Shown here: positions 54,379-64,000 of the stretch, in pieces
How the letters are laid out: each line of letters starts with the position of its first letter
Position numbering within the stretch: position 1 is the stretch's first letter
Source of the DNA: a virus
Length of the DNA: 64,000 nt
Reading direction: 5' to 3' (one strand)
Virus record (IMG/VR): IMGVR_UViG_3300014050_000017
Coordinates: 16,134-80,133 of that record
Made by a program: the position numbers and the translations under genes
Notes under the pieces: model-generated
Seen by the model: only the letters and a program-made list of their open reading frames with translations
The model's database searches: none
What the model was told of the DNA's origin: nothing

Positions 54379-57300
54379 TTATGCCTGAGCTTCTGTCCAT
54401 GAGATACGGGCTGAGATGTTGGAAGCCGCAGTTCCAATGTTAGTAGCCGTCAAAACCAGGACGTCTGGGCCGTTAGGGTAGGACGGGCTAGATACGTTGC
54501 CGTCACCAGAGATAATGGAGTTACCAAGGTCTCGAATAGAACGAAGGTCGTAGTTAGAGACGTTGTAGTTGGTTCCACCACCGCCGTTTTCTGTGAAGAA
54601 TGAGGCTACAGAGTCACCACCAATAACGCGTCCAGAGGCAGCTTGAACGTTACCTGCTCCAGGGCCAGAGTTATCAAAGTAGATAATCTGGGCTAGAGAA
54701 CCAGAACCAACTTGGTCACGGGTCCAGTCATCTGGTAGACCTACGTAGCCACGCTGAGGGGTGAAGGTAATAACGCCTGAAACAGTACCTGAGTTAGCCA
54801 CAGAAAGGGTAACAATGTTAGCTGCTACAGATGCAATCTGTGCTCCAGTTCCAATACCTGAACCAGTTACTGTCATACCTGGAACAATACCCACAGTACC
54901 TGTCGTGTCGTTAATAGTAATGGTGTTTTGTCCAGCGCTTCCAGTTACGCTTGAACGTGTAGAGTTAAGTGATGATGGGTTTGTATAGTTGGTATAAAGA
55001 ATCTGTGAAGGATTCAAGATTCCATCGATACGGAACTGTCCGTTGGTAGAAACACCGATTGAGTTCATCTGCAACTGCATGCGGTTAACAAGTTCACGCA
55101 CACCAAAGTTACGAGCAATAGCGTTATCTACAGAAGGAGCTAGACGTACTGCAAGTAGCGGACGGGTAACACCAGCTGCTACAGAAAGAAGCTTGGTCAT
55201 ACCACCAGTAAAGATAAAGTTTACGTCGTTATCAAAACGACCATCCATCATAACTGAAGAACCCCAGTGGCTGATGATTGGGGCGCAGTTTTGAAGAATA
55301 GACTGAACGGCAACCTGAGCGTCTCCACCCACACCTGTAATAGATGAGTCTGGAGTAAACACTACTGAAGTCGTAGTTCCTGAGAATGTAAATGGTTGGT
55401 CTGGATAGACGTTTGTAATAGATGCGCGACGCTGAGAGATATTAATTGGCCATCCGCGCTTGACTGAGTCATATGCCCCAATAGATGAGTAGCGCATGAT
55501 TTCGCAATTAGTAGCGTCACGAACATAGATGAATCCTGCTGGAGGAAATGAAGAAGCGTCTTCTACGTACATCACTGTATCGTTGGCCCCAAGCTGTGTT
55601 CCAAGGTTTCCTGTAGGACCAGCAACCATTTTTGTAAAGATTGATGGGTCATTAACAACTTCATAACGAGCAGGCAAGTTACCTGAACGCTGGTAAGCGC
55701 CGTTGTTAACGTTATTCATAGGTACACGGTGGCACCAGATAATCTTTCCATTAACACCGCGCATACCCCAACGAATGGTTCCTGCACCGTACCATGTGTA
55801 GTCGATGTAAACCATCTGCATACGACCAACGTCCATCTTAAAGCCAGATGGTCCTAGACCATCAAACTTGTCAATGTTCCACTGGTCTTGAGGAAAACGG
55901 TCGCTCTGTGTAATAAGGTAACGAGTACGAACACCTGTAGCACCGCGGTAAGCAGGTGCAACGTTTAGAGAGGTGTCGCTGTTAATAGAGATAACTTTGT
56001 AAGAAGAACCCTTGATAACAATTGACTGACCAACTGTAAGTTGTTTACGGAACTGGGTGTTAAGACCAGTAACAAAGCTTGAGTTTCTTGTTACGTTAAT
56101 ACGTCCAATTCCTTCTTTTTCTGAGTGACGGCGTACTGCATACATCTTTTGTCCATCGTACTCAAAGTAGAAACCGTTCTGCTCATCAAACATACCGCAA
56201 CGGGTAACCGCACCGTACCACTTACGAGCGTGTACGTATACGTTAGTACCAGCAGGGCTCTGGTCAATAGTTGGAAGGGTCTGTGTAAGAGTTACTTGAT
56301 ATTCAAATGTATTAACATCAACAATACGAGTAACAAGAATATCGTTACCGTTAAATGGATTGTAGGTATAGCGAGTTTTAACGCCTTCAATATCAATTGT
56401 TACGCCAGCCTGCATACCGTGGTCTTGTACTGTTCTAACAGTGACTGTATTAAGCCCAATAGAGCCGCCAGAAATAATCATGCTTTCTACGTCAAATACA
56501 GGAGTTAGCTGTGCACCTGTTGAGAACTGCATTCCCTTACCTGACTGGTAACGGAAGTAGCGGCGGGTTTGACGAATAACTTGAGAACCCATTGAGTTGG
56601 TTGCAGTAGAGATAGAAACACCACCGTCAAATGGGCGTTGTACAACATAGCTATCACCCTTAGTCATAATCAAAGCAGTCTGTGGAACTGATACCGCTGA
56701 TTGCTGACGTGATAATGCAAATTCAAGAGTTGTCTGAGTAGGAACTTTAGTTACCTGCCAGTTACCATCAATGCTGTTAGTACCAGATACAACGATAAGG
56801 TTTCCTGGGAACACGCCGTGTGGCTGGTCAAAGATAGCAGTTACAGTTGAGATTGGGGCTGCACCATCAACAGTAGCTCTCCAACGAGCAAGGTTGTTTG
56901 TTCCACCGATTGGGAAGTTACCGCCAGGGATATGAGCGCCATCAAAGATATCTCCACCATAGATAGATGTAAGAGTACCTGAGGCAATATCACCTGATAC
57001 AACACCACGAGCCTGGTATTGGAAAGTGGTTGTTGTAGGAACTGCTGCTACAAGAGATGTACCTTCTGCAAGGAAGTTAAGGGTTTCTTGTACAGAAACA
57101 ATCTGTCCTACAGAAAGTCCATGAGGAAGAGCTGTTGTTACTGTGATAGTTGAACGTGGGCGTACGCCGTCACCAATAACTGATACAACGTCAAATGAGT
57201 TACCACCAGAACCCTTAGCAAAGAAGGATGGGTATCCGTTAGCTAGGAATAGCGCTTCCCACTTAGATGGCTGTACAGAGTATTCAAAGTCTGTATCCAT

Positions 57301-57675
57301 AAGTGACTGTGGGTTTGAAGTACGAAGCTTCTGTGCACCATCAATAAACGTGTCATCAAATGTGACCTTTTGGTGCTCATCATCAACAACAATCTGAATT
57401 GTGTCGTTGGCAGTCATGCCAGTTGTATCAACGCTATTGCTTAGTTGAATTACAGTCTGGGTTACAGTACTGCCTTGAGGGTTAGCAATATTTGCATCTG
57501 GATAGTTATATGTTACAGAGCAGGTCTGGGTAGGGTCAGAAAAGTTAAATAAGACTTTATTGACAGTAGCGTTGACGATTAGGAAGAAATGGATTTTCTT
57601 AATATAACGGTCGATGACAATCTGTTTGGTTGTCGGATTAAATGTGTAATACTCAGGCGCAATATTGCGTGCCAT
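54379..57675 (-). CDS. large virion structural protein (fibre/baseplate appendage)
   Basis: 1098 aa; S.PQSL.DTDFEY..Q..KWE, RQTRRYFRYQSGKG, HWG.SV.MDG.FD. Confidence 0.7.
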   Translation of the reverse strand: MARNIAPEYYTFNPTTKQIVIDRYIKKIHFFLIVNATVNKVLFNFSDPTQTCSVTYNYPDANIANPQGSTVTQTVIQLSNSVDTTGMTANDTIQIVVDDEHQKVTFDDTFIDGAQKLRTSNPQSLMDTDFEYSVQPSKWEALFLANGYPSFFAKGSGGNSFDVVSVIGDGVRPRSTITVTTALPHGLSVGQIVSVQETLNFLAEGTSLVAAVPTTTTFQYQARGVVSGDIASGTLTSIYGGDIFDGAHIPGGNFPIGGTNNLARWRATVDGAAPISTVTAIFDQPHGVFPGNLIVVSGTNSIDGNWQVTKVPTQTTLEFALSRQQSAVSVPQTALIMTKGDSYVVQRPFDGGVSISTATNSMGSQVIRQTRRYFRYQSGKGMQFSTGAQLTPVFDVESMIISGGSIGLNTVTVRTVQDHGMQAGVTIDIEGVKTRYTYNPFNGNDILVTRIVDVNTFEYQVTLTQTLPTIDQSPAGTNVYVHARKWYGAVTRCGMFDEQNGFYFEYDGQKMYAVRRHSEKEGIGRINVTRNSSFVTGLNTQFRKQLTVGQSIVIKGSSYKVISINSDTSLNVAPAYRGATGVRTRYLITQSDRFPQDQWNIDKFDGLGPSGFKMDVGRMQMVYIDYTWYGAGTIRWGMRGVNGKIIWCHRVPMNNVNNGAYQRSGNLPARYEVVNDPSIFTKMVAGPTGNLGTQLGANDTVMYVEDASSFPPAGFIYVRDATNCEIMRYSSIGAYDSVKRGWPINISQRRASITNVYPDQPFTFSGTTTSVVFTPDSSITGVGGDAQVAVQSILQNCAPIISHWGSSVMMDGRFDNDVNFIFTGGMTKLLSVAAGVTRPLLAVRLAPSVDNAIARNFGVRELVNRMQLQMNSIGVSTNGQFRIDGILNPSQILYTNYTNPSSLNSTRSSVTGSAGQNTITINDTTGTVGIVPGMTVTGSGIGTGAQIASVAANIVTLSVANSGTVSGVITFTPQRGYVGLPDDWTRDQVGSGSLAQIIYFDNSGPGAGNVQAASGRVIGGDSVASFFTENGGGGTNYNVSNYDLRSIRDLGNSIISGDGNVSSPSYPNGPDVLVLTATNIGTAASNISARISWTEAQA

Positions 57676-57687
57676 TCATTTACCTTC

Positions 57688-58101
57688 CTATATCAACGAA
57701 ATCGGTGGTATCACTGTTTGTACCACTGTCGTGTAGTTAGTGACTGCTCCGACTGGAAAATAAATTCCAGTTTTTAACAGCGCATCGTTAAGAAGTAGTT
57801 GTCCTACTCCACCATCACCAGCAGGTCCTTGAGCACCTGTTGGGCCGCGTTCTCCTGTTGGTCCAGCGACTCCGTTTACACCAGCAGGTCCAGTAGCACC
57901 ATTAGCACCAGCTGCACCAGCAGGTCCAGTTGGGCCTTGAATACCAGATGCATATACTAACGCATTCCAGTTCTGTGTACCATTACCAACCTTGAACTTT
58001 CCAGTATCAAGCTCAAGACCTAGTTCACCTTCCGCAAGCAGAGGGTTTGCTGATGACCATTGCGCCGCGGTTCCGCGACGTAACTGTACTTTAATTGCCA
58101 T
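57688..58101 (-). CDS. minor tail protein (Mtd-N/hyaluronidase-N-like domain plus short collagen)
   Basis: [11 protein letters not shown]...NP.LAEGE.GLE.DTGKFK.GNG...W..L; Gly-X-Y run. Confidence 0.75.
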   Translation of the reverse strand: MAIKVQLRRGTAAQWSSANPLLAEGELGLELDTGKFKVGNGTQNWNALVYASGIQGPTGPAGAAGANGATGPAGVNGVAGPTGERGPTGAQGPAGDGGVGQLLLNDALLKTGIYFPVGAVTNYTTVVQTVIPPISLI

Positions 58102-60605
58102 TACTGAATGACTCCTCCGCTGTCAATGACGTCAACCCCACCGTAATTACTTGTCGGACTGCCAGCATCTACGTTCAATAGTGTAGTGCCTGTAGGACCT
58201 GTTGGACCTAGTAAACCTTGGCTTCCTGTAGGACCTGTAACTCCTTGAGGACCTGTTGCACCAGTAGGCCCTTGATTACCTTGAGGACCAATTACACCTT
58301 GTGGACCTGTTGGTCCAATAGCTGCCGCAACAATAACTAACCAGTTTGTTGGGTCATCTACAGGGGTAACTCCTGCGGTAGAAACGCTATTTCTACGAAC
58401 ATAAGTACCTTTAAGAGTAGAAGTGTCGTAGAAAACAGCTTGTCCAGGTGAGTAGCTAAGTCCTGCTTGCCATGTACCAATTAATGTAAATGGCTGTGGA
58501 CCAGTTGGACCTGTAGAACCTGTAGGTCCAGTTATTGAAAGACCTTGAGCACCAGTTGGTCCAGTTGGTCCCAGAGGACCTACAGCACCTGTTGGTCCTT
58601 GAATAGCACCAGAGTTAGTCCACTGAGTACCAGTCCAAATAAATAGATTTCCAGATACTAAATATGGGTCTCCAACATTTGGTGTTGGAACTGCTGCAAT
58701 TAAATCTTGGAAAGTATTAAATGAATTTATGATATTTAGGCCACGGCCTTGAGGACCTGTTGGTCCTTGAATACCTTGTGGTCCTGTTGGACCAAGATTA
58801 CCTTGTGGACCTGTTGGACCAGGAACGGTTGATACAGGACCTGTAGAACCTGTTGGACCAATAGGACCAACAACACCTTGAATACCTTGTAAACCTTGGC
58901 TACCTTGCGGACCAGTTGCTCCAACTAAACCTTGTGGACCTTGTGGTCCAGTTGCACCCGTAGGTCCTTGGATTGCACCAGCACTAGCCCATGCAGAACC
59001 AGCCCATACAAATAGAACACCATTAACAAGATAACCATCACCAGTTGCTCCAACTGGACGGGCTGCTTGTAGTTCTGCTAATGAGTTGTAAGAACCAAGA
59101 ACATAGATAGAAGCACCAGCAGGACCAATAGCACCTGTTGCACCAGTTGCACCAGTAGGACCTTGTGAACCAGCTGCACCAGGAGTACCTGCTGCACCTT
59201 GAATACCTTGTGGGCCTTGTGGACCAGTAGGTCCTTGTACACCAGGAGCACCAGCAATACCTTGATTACCCTGTGGTCCAGTTGCACCTACAGGTCCTTG
59301 TGGGCCAGTGGCACCAGCAGGTCCTGTAGGACCAGGGACCGTTGACGGAGCACCAGTAGAACCAGTAGGACCAGTTGCTCCCGTTGGACCAACAGCACCA
59401 ACAGAACCTGTTGCACCAGTTGGTCCTGTTGGACCAGGTGTAGTTGATACAGGTCCCTGTGCACCTGTAGGACCTGTAGGTCCTTGTGCACCTGTAAAGC
59501 CAGGCTCACCAGCAATAGTAAATGACCAAGTGCTGAAGATTTCTCCACCAGCAGCACCTTGGAAAATAAATACATCTAAAGTTATCTGTGCGCCATTTAC
59601 CGTTCTAACAGTTCCATCTAAGAAGACGTTGTTGTTTGCTACAGCTCTAACAACAGAGTTAACAATAAATGGGTGGTCAGCAACGCTAAGAGTAAATGTC
59701 TTTAAACCAGTCGCTAAGCTGACTGGGGTAGAAGACGTGATTCCAGCAAAACCTTGACCACGTGCACCAGTAGCACCAGTAGCACCAGTTGGACCAGTAG
59801 CACCTGTAGCACCTTGTAAACCAGAGAAACCACGTTCACCTTGTGGACCAGTGTCACCTTTAGGACCAGCTAAACCAGTAGGACCAGTAGGTCCTGTTGG
59901 ACCTGTGTCACCTTGCGGACCCTGATTTCCAAGAAAACCTTGAGCACCACGAGGACCTGTAGGACCAGTTGGACCCGCCGCTCCGCTTGGTCCTGTTGGG
60001 CCTTCTAGGTTACCAACGTTCTTCCAATCAGAAGTTACGGTGTCCCAAATAATTAAATTGCCATTAGCAAGTAACCAAGCATCTCCTGCAGCACCTGTTG
60101 GATGTGCAAGTTGAAGAGCAGCAAGTGTTGGATATTCACCAAGAATATTTAAACCTTGACCAGGAGCACCTGTAGGACCAGTAGCACCTGCAAGACCAGA
60201 TACGCCTCGGGCACCAGTTGGGCCTTGAGGTCCTGCAGCGCCTTGGTTTCCTTGAGGACCAGTAGCACCTGTTCGTCCTGTAGGACCAGTTGCTCCAGTC
60301 GCTCCTGTTGGTAAAGTTAGAGTGTCATATACCCAAGCATTATTACTACGACGATATAAACGTAGCTGTGTTGCATTTCCATTTACACGAACAAACGCCC
60401 AGTTAGTTGGGACTGGGTTTGGGTATGCTGTTTGTAGGTCAGCAAGTGTGTCATAAACACCAAGATAACGAGAGTAATCTCCCTGAGGACCTGTAGGTCC
60501 AGTTGCACCTGTTGGACCTGTTGGGCCGTTTAATGGACCAGAAGGCCCAGTAGGTGTGGGATACCAATTACCGCTATCGGGTGGAACTATAATAATATCT
60601 GGCAT
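58101..60605 (-). CDS. collagen-like fibre protein
   Basis: Extensive GPT/GAT/GPQ triplets interrupted by four homologous globular modules. Confidence 0.88.
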   Translation of the reverse strand: MPDIIIVPPDSGNWYPTPTGPSGPLNGPTGPTGATGPTGPQGDYSRYLGVYDTLADLQTAYPNPVPTNWAFVRVNGNATQLRLYRRSNNAWVYDTLTLPTGATGATGPTGRTGATGPQGNQGAAGPQGPTGARGVSGLAGATGPTGAPGQGLNILGEYPTLAALQLAHPTGAAGDAWLLANGNLIIWDTVTSDWKNVGNLEGPTGPSGAAGPTGPTGPRGAQGFLGNQGPQGDTGPTGPTGPTGLAGPKGDTGPQGERGFSGLQGATGATGPTGATGATGARGQGFAGITSSTPVSLATGLKTFTLSVADHPFIVNSVVRAVANNNVFLDGTVRTVNGAQITLDVFIFQGAAGGEIFSTWSFTIAGEPGFTGAQGPTGPTGAQGPVSTTPGPTGPTGATGSVGAVGPTGATGPTGSTGAPSTVPGPTGPAGATGPQGPVGATGPQGNQGIAGAPGVQGPTGPQGPQGIQGAAGTPGAAGSQGPTGATGATGAIGPAGASIYVLGSYNSLAELQAARPVGATGDGYLVNGVLFVWAGSAWASAGAIQGPTGATGPQGPQGLVGATGPQGSQGLQGIQGVVGPIGPTGSTGPVSTVPGPTGPQGNLGPTGPQGIQGPTGPQGRGLNIINSFNTFQDLIAAVPTPNVGDPYLVSGNLFIWTGTQWTNSGAIQGPTGAVGPLGPTGPTGAQGLSITGPTGSTGPTGPQPFTLIGTWQAGLSYSPGQAVFYDTSTLKGTYVRRNSVSTAGVTPVDDPTNWLVIVAAAIGPTGPQGVIGPQGNQGPTGATGPQGVTGPTGSQGLLGPTGPTGTTLLNVDAGSPTSNYGGVDVIDSGGVIQ

Positions 60606-60606
60606 A

Positions 60607-61668
60607 TCACTCCACCGTTGTTACTTGCTGAGTCACGAAAGTCTGTCCCCTTAGGAAAGTTCTTTGGAAAGTATCGTCCACAGTTGATGTGGCCTGTAGG
60701 TCCCAAAATCCTCTAACTGGTAGATAGCGAGTTTCCTGTTGTGGTAGCGATATTCTGATACGTCCAGTAGGGGCGTCAACAATTGTAACATCGAAGGCCG
60801 CCCATCTAGTAGGTGAATTTGGATAGGTTCTAATCTCTGCAGAAAACTCTAATCCTGTTACAGAAGAGCCAAGAATAAACTCTTGAGAGTAGCTATCTCC
60901 CTGGTTCATAACTAAGTCATATACCTGAATGGTAGATGGGAAGGTCTGGCGACCAATCATGTCATTCTGTATATACACGCGTTCTGGCTTACGTCCATCG
61001 TCAAACTCTTGTGGCATGTAGATAGGTACAAGCTTATTGGTGCGCTTAGATGCTCTACGTAGATTACCAACTTGAATGCGCCAAAGACCAATGTTTAGTT
61101 GTGCACATAGTTCACGATACTGCTGTTGGCGTTGAGCAATCATGCCTGTTAACTGTGCATAGCGCTCGCTACGTGGAATTACTACTCCGTCTGGAGCAGT
61201 GATGTTAATATCAAATGCGGCATCTGTAGCCAATACCCATAGAGCTTCAATAGTTGCCAAGATAGCTATTGGGTACTCTTCTACAGCTGGAAGGGTTGCT
61301 AGAGTAACTCTGCTTCCATATGCATCTGTTCTTTCATAAGTATGCTGTTCAATAGCTGTGTTAATAAAGCGTGTGATATCAGCATCTGAAAAATAACGAT
61401 AAGCAGTGCCATTTACAGTAAGCACTTCACCAGCAGATACTGGGTTTAAAAATCTAATAATTCCAGTATCAACCTCTAGCTTATAGCCAGTAGGGGCTGG
61501 AACAAATGTTTGAGAAACTCTTACTAAAAGAGTGAAAGGGTCTACAGGTTTATTATTTAGGTAGTAGGCAGTAGTAGTTCCATCGCTTGTTGCGACGAAC
61601 TGAAACTCCTTTGGCTGGTCACCCAACTCAAGACGAGTTCTAGAGATTAGGTCCGATAAGAGGGCCAC
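60607..61668 (-). CDS. head-tail adaptor / neck protein with C-terminal BppU-like domain
   Basis: [18 protein letters not shown]; C-terminal QGDSY...AEIR...G.I.ISL...T..L...WDLQ. Confidence 0.6.
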   Translation of the reverse strand: MALLSDLISRTRLELGDQPKEFQFVATSDGTTTAYYLNNKPVDPFTLLVRVSQTFVPAPTGYKLEVDTGIIRFLNPVSAGEVLTVNGTAYRYFSDADITRFINTAIEQHTYERTDAYGSRVTLATLPAVEEYPIAILATIEALWVLATDAAFDINITAPDGVVIPRSERYAQLTGMIAQRQQQYRELCAQLNIGLWRIQVGNLRRASKRTNKLVPIYMPQEFDDGRKPERVYIQNDMIGRQTFPSTIQVYDLVMNQGDSYSQEFILGSSVTGLEFSAEIRTYPNSPTRWAAFDVTIVDAPTGRIRISLPQQETRYLPVRGFWDLQATSTVDDTFQRTFLRGQTFVTQQVTTVE

Positions 61669-61693
61669 TCAACTACTCCTAACGATAGTAACG

Positions 61694-61722
61694 AAAAAGC
61701 GGGCAACATAAGTGTGCCCGCT
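61694..61722 (-). terminator. intrinsic terminator after the capsid operon
   Basis: AGCGGGCA/TGCCCGCT stem plus TTTT on the - strand. Confidence 0.75.
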
Positions 61723-61739
61723 GATTCGCCCATTAAATG

Positions 61740-62105
61740 CTAGATAACTCCAGCGAGGTAGCCCTTTTCCTGTAGGTGTTGAGCTACGTGTTTGGACACT
61801 TTGTACTTCTGTCCAGCTTTGAAGCTATAGAAGTTACCAACTCCAAGTGTCATGTTTTCAATGTCTTCAACGACACGGATGACAACTGAGTCTTCTTCTT
61901 TTCCTGCTACTACTGTTACCTCGTCAGCAATCACCGTTGCTCTGTTAGGGATAGTAGCGTCTACAACTTCATCAAGTTTAATCTGGGCTTCAGCGGACGC
62001 CATAGACATCTCAGCAGCACGTGCTTGAAGAGCTTCCTGGTTTTCAGCAATCTGCTTCTCACGAGAGCGGCCTGTAACATCCTGTGGCTTTACTTGTCTT
62101 GCCAT
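61740..62105 (-). CDS. hypothetical capsid-associated protein
   Basis: AGGAG RBS; directly after the major capsid gene. Confidence 0.65.
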   Translation of the reverse strand: MARQVKPQDVTGRSREKQIAENQEALQARAAEMSMASAEAQIKLDEVVDATIPNRATVIADEVTVVAGKEEDSVVIRVVEDIENMTLGVGNFYSFKAGQKYKVSKHVAQHLQEKGYLAGVI

Positions 62106-62169
62106 GTGTATTCTCCTAATTAGTATCTGTTATAAGTGGGCAGTTTTTAGACGTGCCCAGGTCTGAGGA

Positions 62170-63240
62170 TTAGTTGGTTTCTGCAATAACAACAGACTGG
62201 TCAGTAATAAGACCAAGACCGAAGATTGAGTACCAAGCAAGTGCATGCTCACGACCGAAGTCGAGGATACCACCGTCACGAAGTTCGACTGGTAGTGAGA
62301 TAGCGTGACCGAATGCGTTATCTCCAATGAAGATAGCATCGTAGCGGTCAGACTGTCCGTTACCTGTGAACTGTGCAGGGGTGATGTAACCTCCACCAGG
62401 TGTAACAGTTGGGTTAGCAACTGCGCTGTCAGCGGTGTAGTTAGTACCAGCACCACCAGCAACCTTACGTACCTGTGTGGTCTCGATGAATACGCAGTCG
62501 TACAAACGACCAACTTCACCAAGCATGAAGTTACCAGGAGCAGCGTACTTGGTTACTTCGATAAACTCTGGGTTATCACGAAGCTGACGGCTCTGGTGTG
62601 GGTGGATGAACGCAACATAAGTTTCGCCCAACCGTGGGATGTTCTTGGTTGCAAGTGTCTCAACGACGTCCTTGACAGTGTGAGGTGTCAAGTAGTAGCC
62701 ACCAGTCATAGAAGCACGTGATGTGCCCTTTGTACCGTATGCGTACCAGTTGTTGACTGCTGAGAGGTTAGTGCGGTCTTCACCGTAAAGGGTTGAAGTC
62801 GCTGCATAGAGTGTGTCGCGTGATAGCTGGTCAAGATAGATAGCCATGTTACGACCGAGAAGACGTGAGGCTGATGCCATGACGTCATCGAATGATGCAT
62901 TGAGCAAGAGCTCTGATACAGCAAGAGCATAACCATGCTCTGTTACTGTGATTGAGAACTGCTGTGCAGTTAATGCGTTGGTCTGCATACGAACACCTTC
63001 GACAAGTGCATTAGCAAAGCCGAGGTTGTTGTAACGCAGGAAGTTAATCTGTAGACCAGGTGCAACACCAAGTTCAGTCTTCTTGACTGCAAACTGCTCA
63101 AAGCGAAGGATAGGCATTGCCTGGAACAAGATTTCCTTGGACCAGATAACCTGAATCGCCTGAGTAAGCTGGGTGTTAGTACCTGAGTATGCTGTTGGGG
63201 CTGCGGCTAGATTGCCAGTACCCGTAATACCAGATGCCAT
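62170..63240 (-). CDS. major capsid protein (HK97 fold, N4-gp56-like family)
   Basis: AAGGAG RBS; follows the scaffold; F.RY, L.EG, EHG, YVAFIHP, GEVG...V.FIET. Confidence 0.85.
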   Translation of the reverse strand: MASGITGTGNLAAAPTAYSGTNTQLTQAIQVIWSKEILFQAMPILRFEQFAVKKTELGVAPGLQINFLRYNNLGFANALVEGVRMQTNALTAQQFSITVTEHGYALAVSELLLNASFDDVMASASRLLGRNMAIYLDQLSRDTLYAATSTLYGEDRTNLSAVNNWYAYGTKGTSRASMTGGYYLTPHTVKDVVETLATKNIPRLGETYVAFIHPHQSRQLRDNPEFIEVTKYAAPGNFMLGEVGRLYDCVFIETTQVRKVAGGAGTNYTADSAVANPTVTPGGGYITPAQFTGNGQSDRYDAIFIGDNAFGHAISLPVELRDGGILDFGREHALAWYSIFGLGLITDQSVVIAETN

Positions 63241-63283
63241 AGTAGCTTGTTACTCCTTAGTAGGTTGGATTTGGATTGTGGGT

Positions 63284-64000
63284 TTACCCGAACAAACCGC
63301 GAGCCTTACCACGGGCAGTTGCGCCCAAGATACGCTCTCTGTATTTTGCATAATCATTCATCGACATTGACTGAATATCTTCAGCCGTTAACGAGCGTGA
63401 GTCCGTATTGATATCCATTGGTTCGAGCGGGGGCGTGGTAACCCTGGTCCCCGTCATTTCTTTGCGGGCATTTTGCATTGCAAACTGCGCCGACTCTAGA
63501 ATCTTGTTAGAACGCTCTTTCAAGCTCTCAACACTTGCGTCTACTTCTTCGCGGGTATTGCCGCTAATCAGGTCGACAAGTTCTGGGATAATGTTGTCGC
63601 GTTCTTGTTCTACTCGTTGTTGACGGTAGTTCTGGAGGTCAGCAAAAGTTCTTTCGCGTTCCAGAAGAGCAAAGGCACGTTCACGCTCTTGGCGCTCACG
63701 CTCCAACTGCTCCTGCCACTCTGTTTCCTTAGCCTTAAGCAAAGAGCGAACATCCATATCGTTCTCAAGAGCTTCTTGCTGAGCTTTAGCTTTCGCCTCT
63801 TCTTCAGCCGCACGTGCTGCAAGTTCTGCTTCACGTTCTCTCTTGATAGTATCGAGTTCATCCTTCAGCTTATCAATCTGAGGATAGAGTTTTTCCTTCT
63901 CCTGGCTACGTACACGTGCCAGGTCATCTTCCGTATAAAACTTGGAAGTTGCCTTAGTAGTAGGTGCGTCAGCGACAACAGAGTTGCCTGACGACTCAGC
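63284..64000 (-). CDS. capsid scaffolding protein (5' end outside the window)
   Basis: Frame stays open to the window edge (FYTEDDLARVRSQEKEKLYPQI...); coiled coil; C-terminal MS..DY.KYR; upstream of the MCP. Confidence 0.75.
   Translation of the reverse strand, partial: AESSGNSVVADAPTTKATSKFYTEDDLARVRSQEKEKLYPQIDKLKDELDTIKREREAELAARAAEEEAKAKAQQEALENDMDVRSLLKAKETEWQEQLERERQERERAFALLERERTFADLQNYRQQRVEQERDNIIPELVDLISGNTREEVDASVESLKERSNKILESAQFAMQNARKEMTGTRVTTPPLEPMDINTDSRSLTAEDIQSMSMNDYAKYRERILGATARGKARGLFG

Noticed and set aside
59308-59757. + strand Pro/Val/Gly repeat ORF
   Set aside because: It is the antisense reading of the collagen repeats.
58101-60605. Tandem DNA repeats as a CRISPR array or DGR template
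   Set aside because: The repeats are 9-nt codon periodicity from Gly-X-Y. There is no reverse transcriptase or TR/VR pair in the window.
1-64000. Stop-codon reassignment, or introns/inteins in polA, nrdJ, dnaB or recA
   Set aside because: All core genes are full length and uninterrupted in the standard code, and no suppressor anticodon was found.

Overview
This window is a 64-kb segment of a tailed dsDNA phage with a contractile tail (myovirus morphotype). The host is very probably an actinobacterium, judging by WhiB, an MSMEG_6728/DenV-like glycosylase and leaderless TANNNT-N6-ATG promoters. The sequence looks AT-rich for that phylum, which would fit a freshwater low-GC actinobacterial host (inference). 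Positions 1-1622 hold small + strand genes. Almost everything else is on the - strand. In transcription order (right to left) this gives: scaffold and major capsid; head-tail, collagen and Gly-rich fibre genes with a GT2-TPR glycosyltransferase; an array of Lys-rich microproteins; sheath, tube, chaperone, tape measure and baseplate; replication genes (initiator, DnaC-like loader, DnaB, primase, dNMP kinase, SNF2 helicase); three tRNAs flanking a structured ~260-nt spacer; SSB, PolA, RecA, resolvases, WhiB and a Cas4-like nuclease; SpoVS, Hsp20 and a metallophosphoesterase; a nucleotidyltransferase/HAD-like/TGT-like trio; and a class II RNR. The most notable unexplained features are: (1) a multi-domain, possibly bistable ncRNA embedded in the tRNA operon; (2) five translationally coupled Lys-rich microproteins, two starting with a HypB-type CxxCGC metal motif; (3) a start-less tail-chaperone extension reachable by a +1 shift at UUU-CGU; (4) the NTase-HAD-TGT-like module; (5) a central spike whose OB fold is split by a His-rich insert. 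All calls come from motif recognition by eye; no searches were run.
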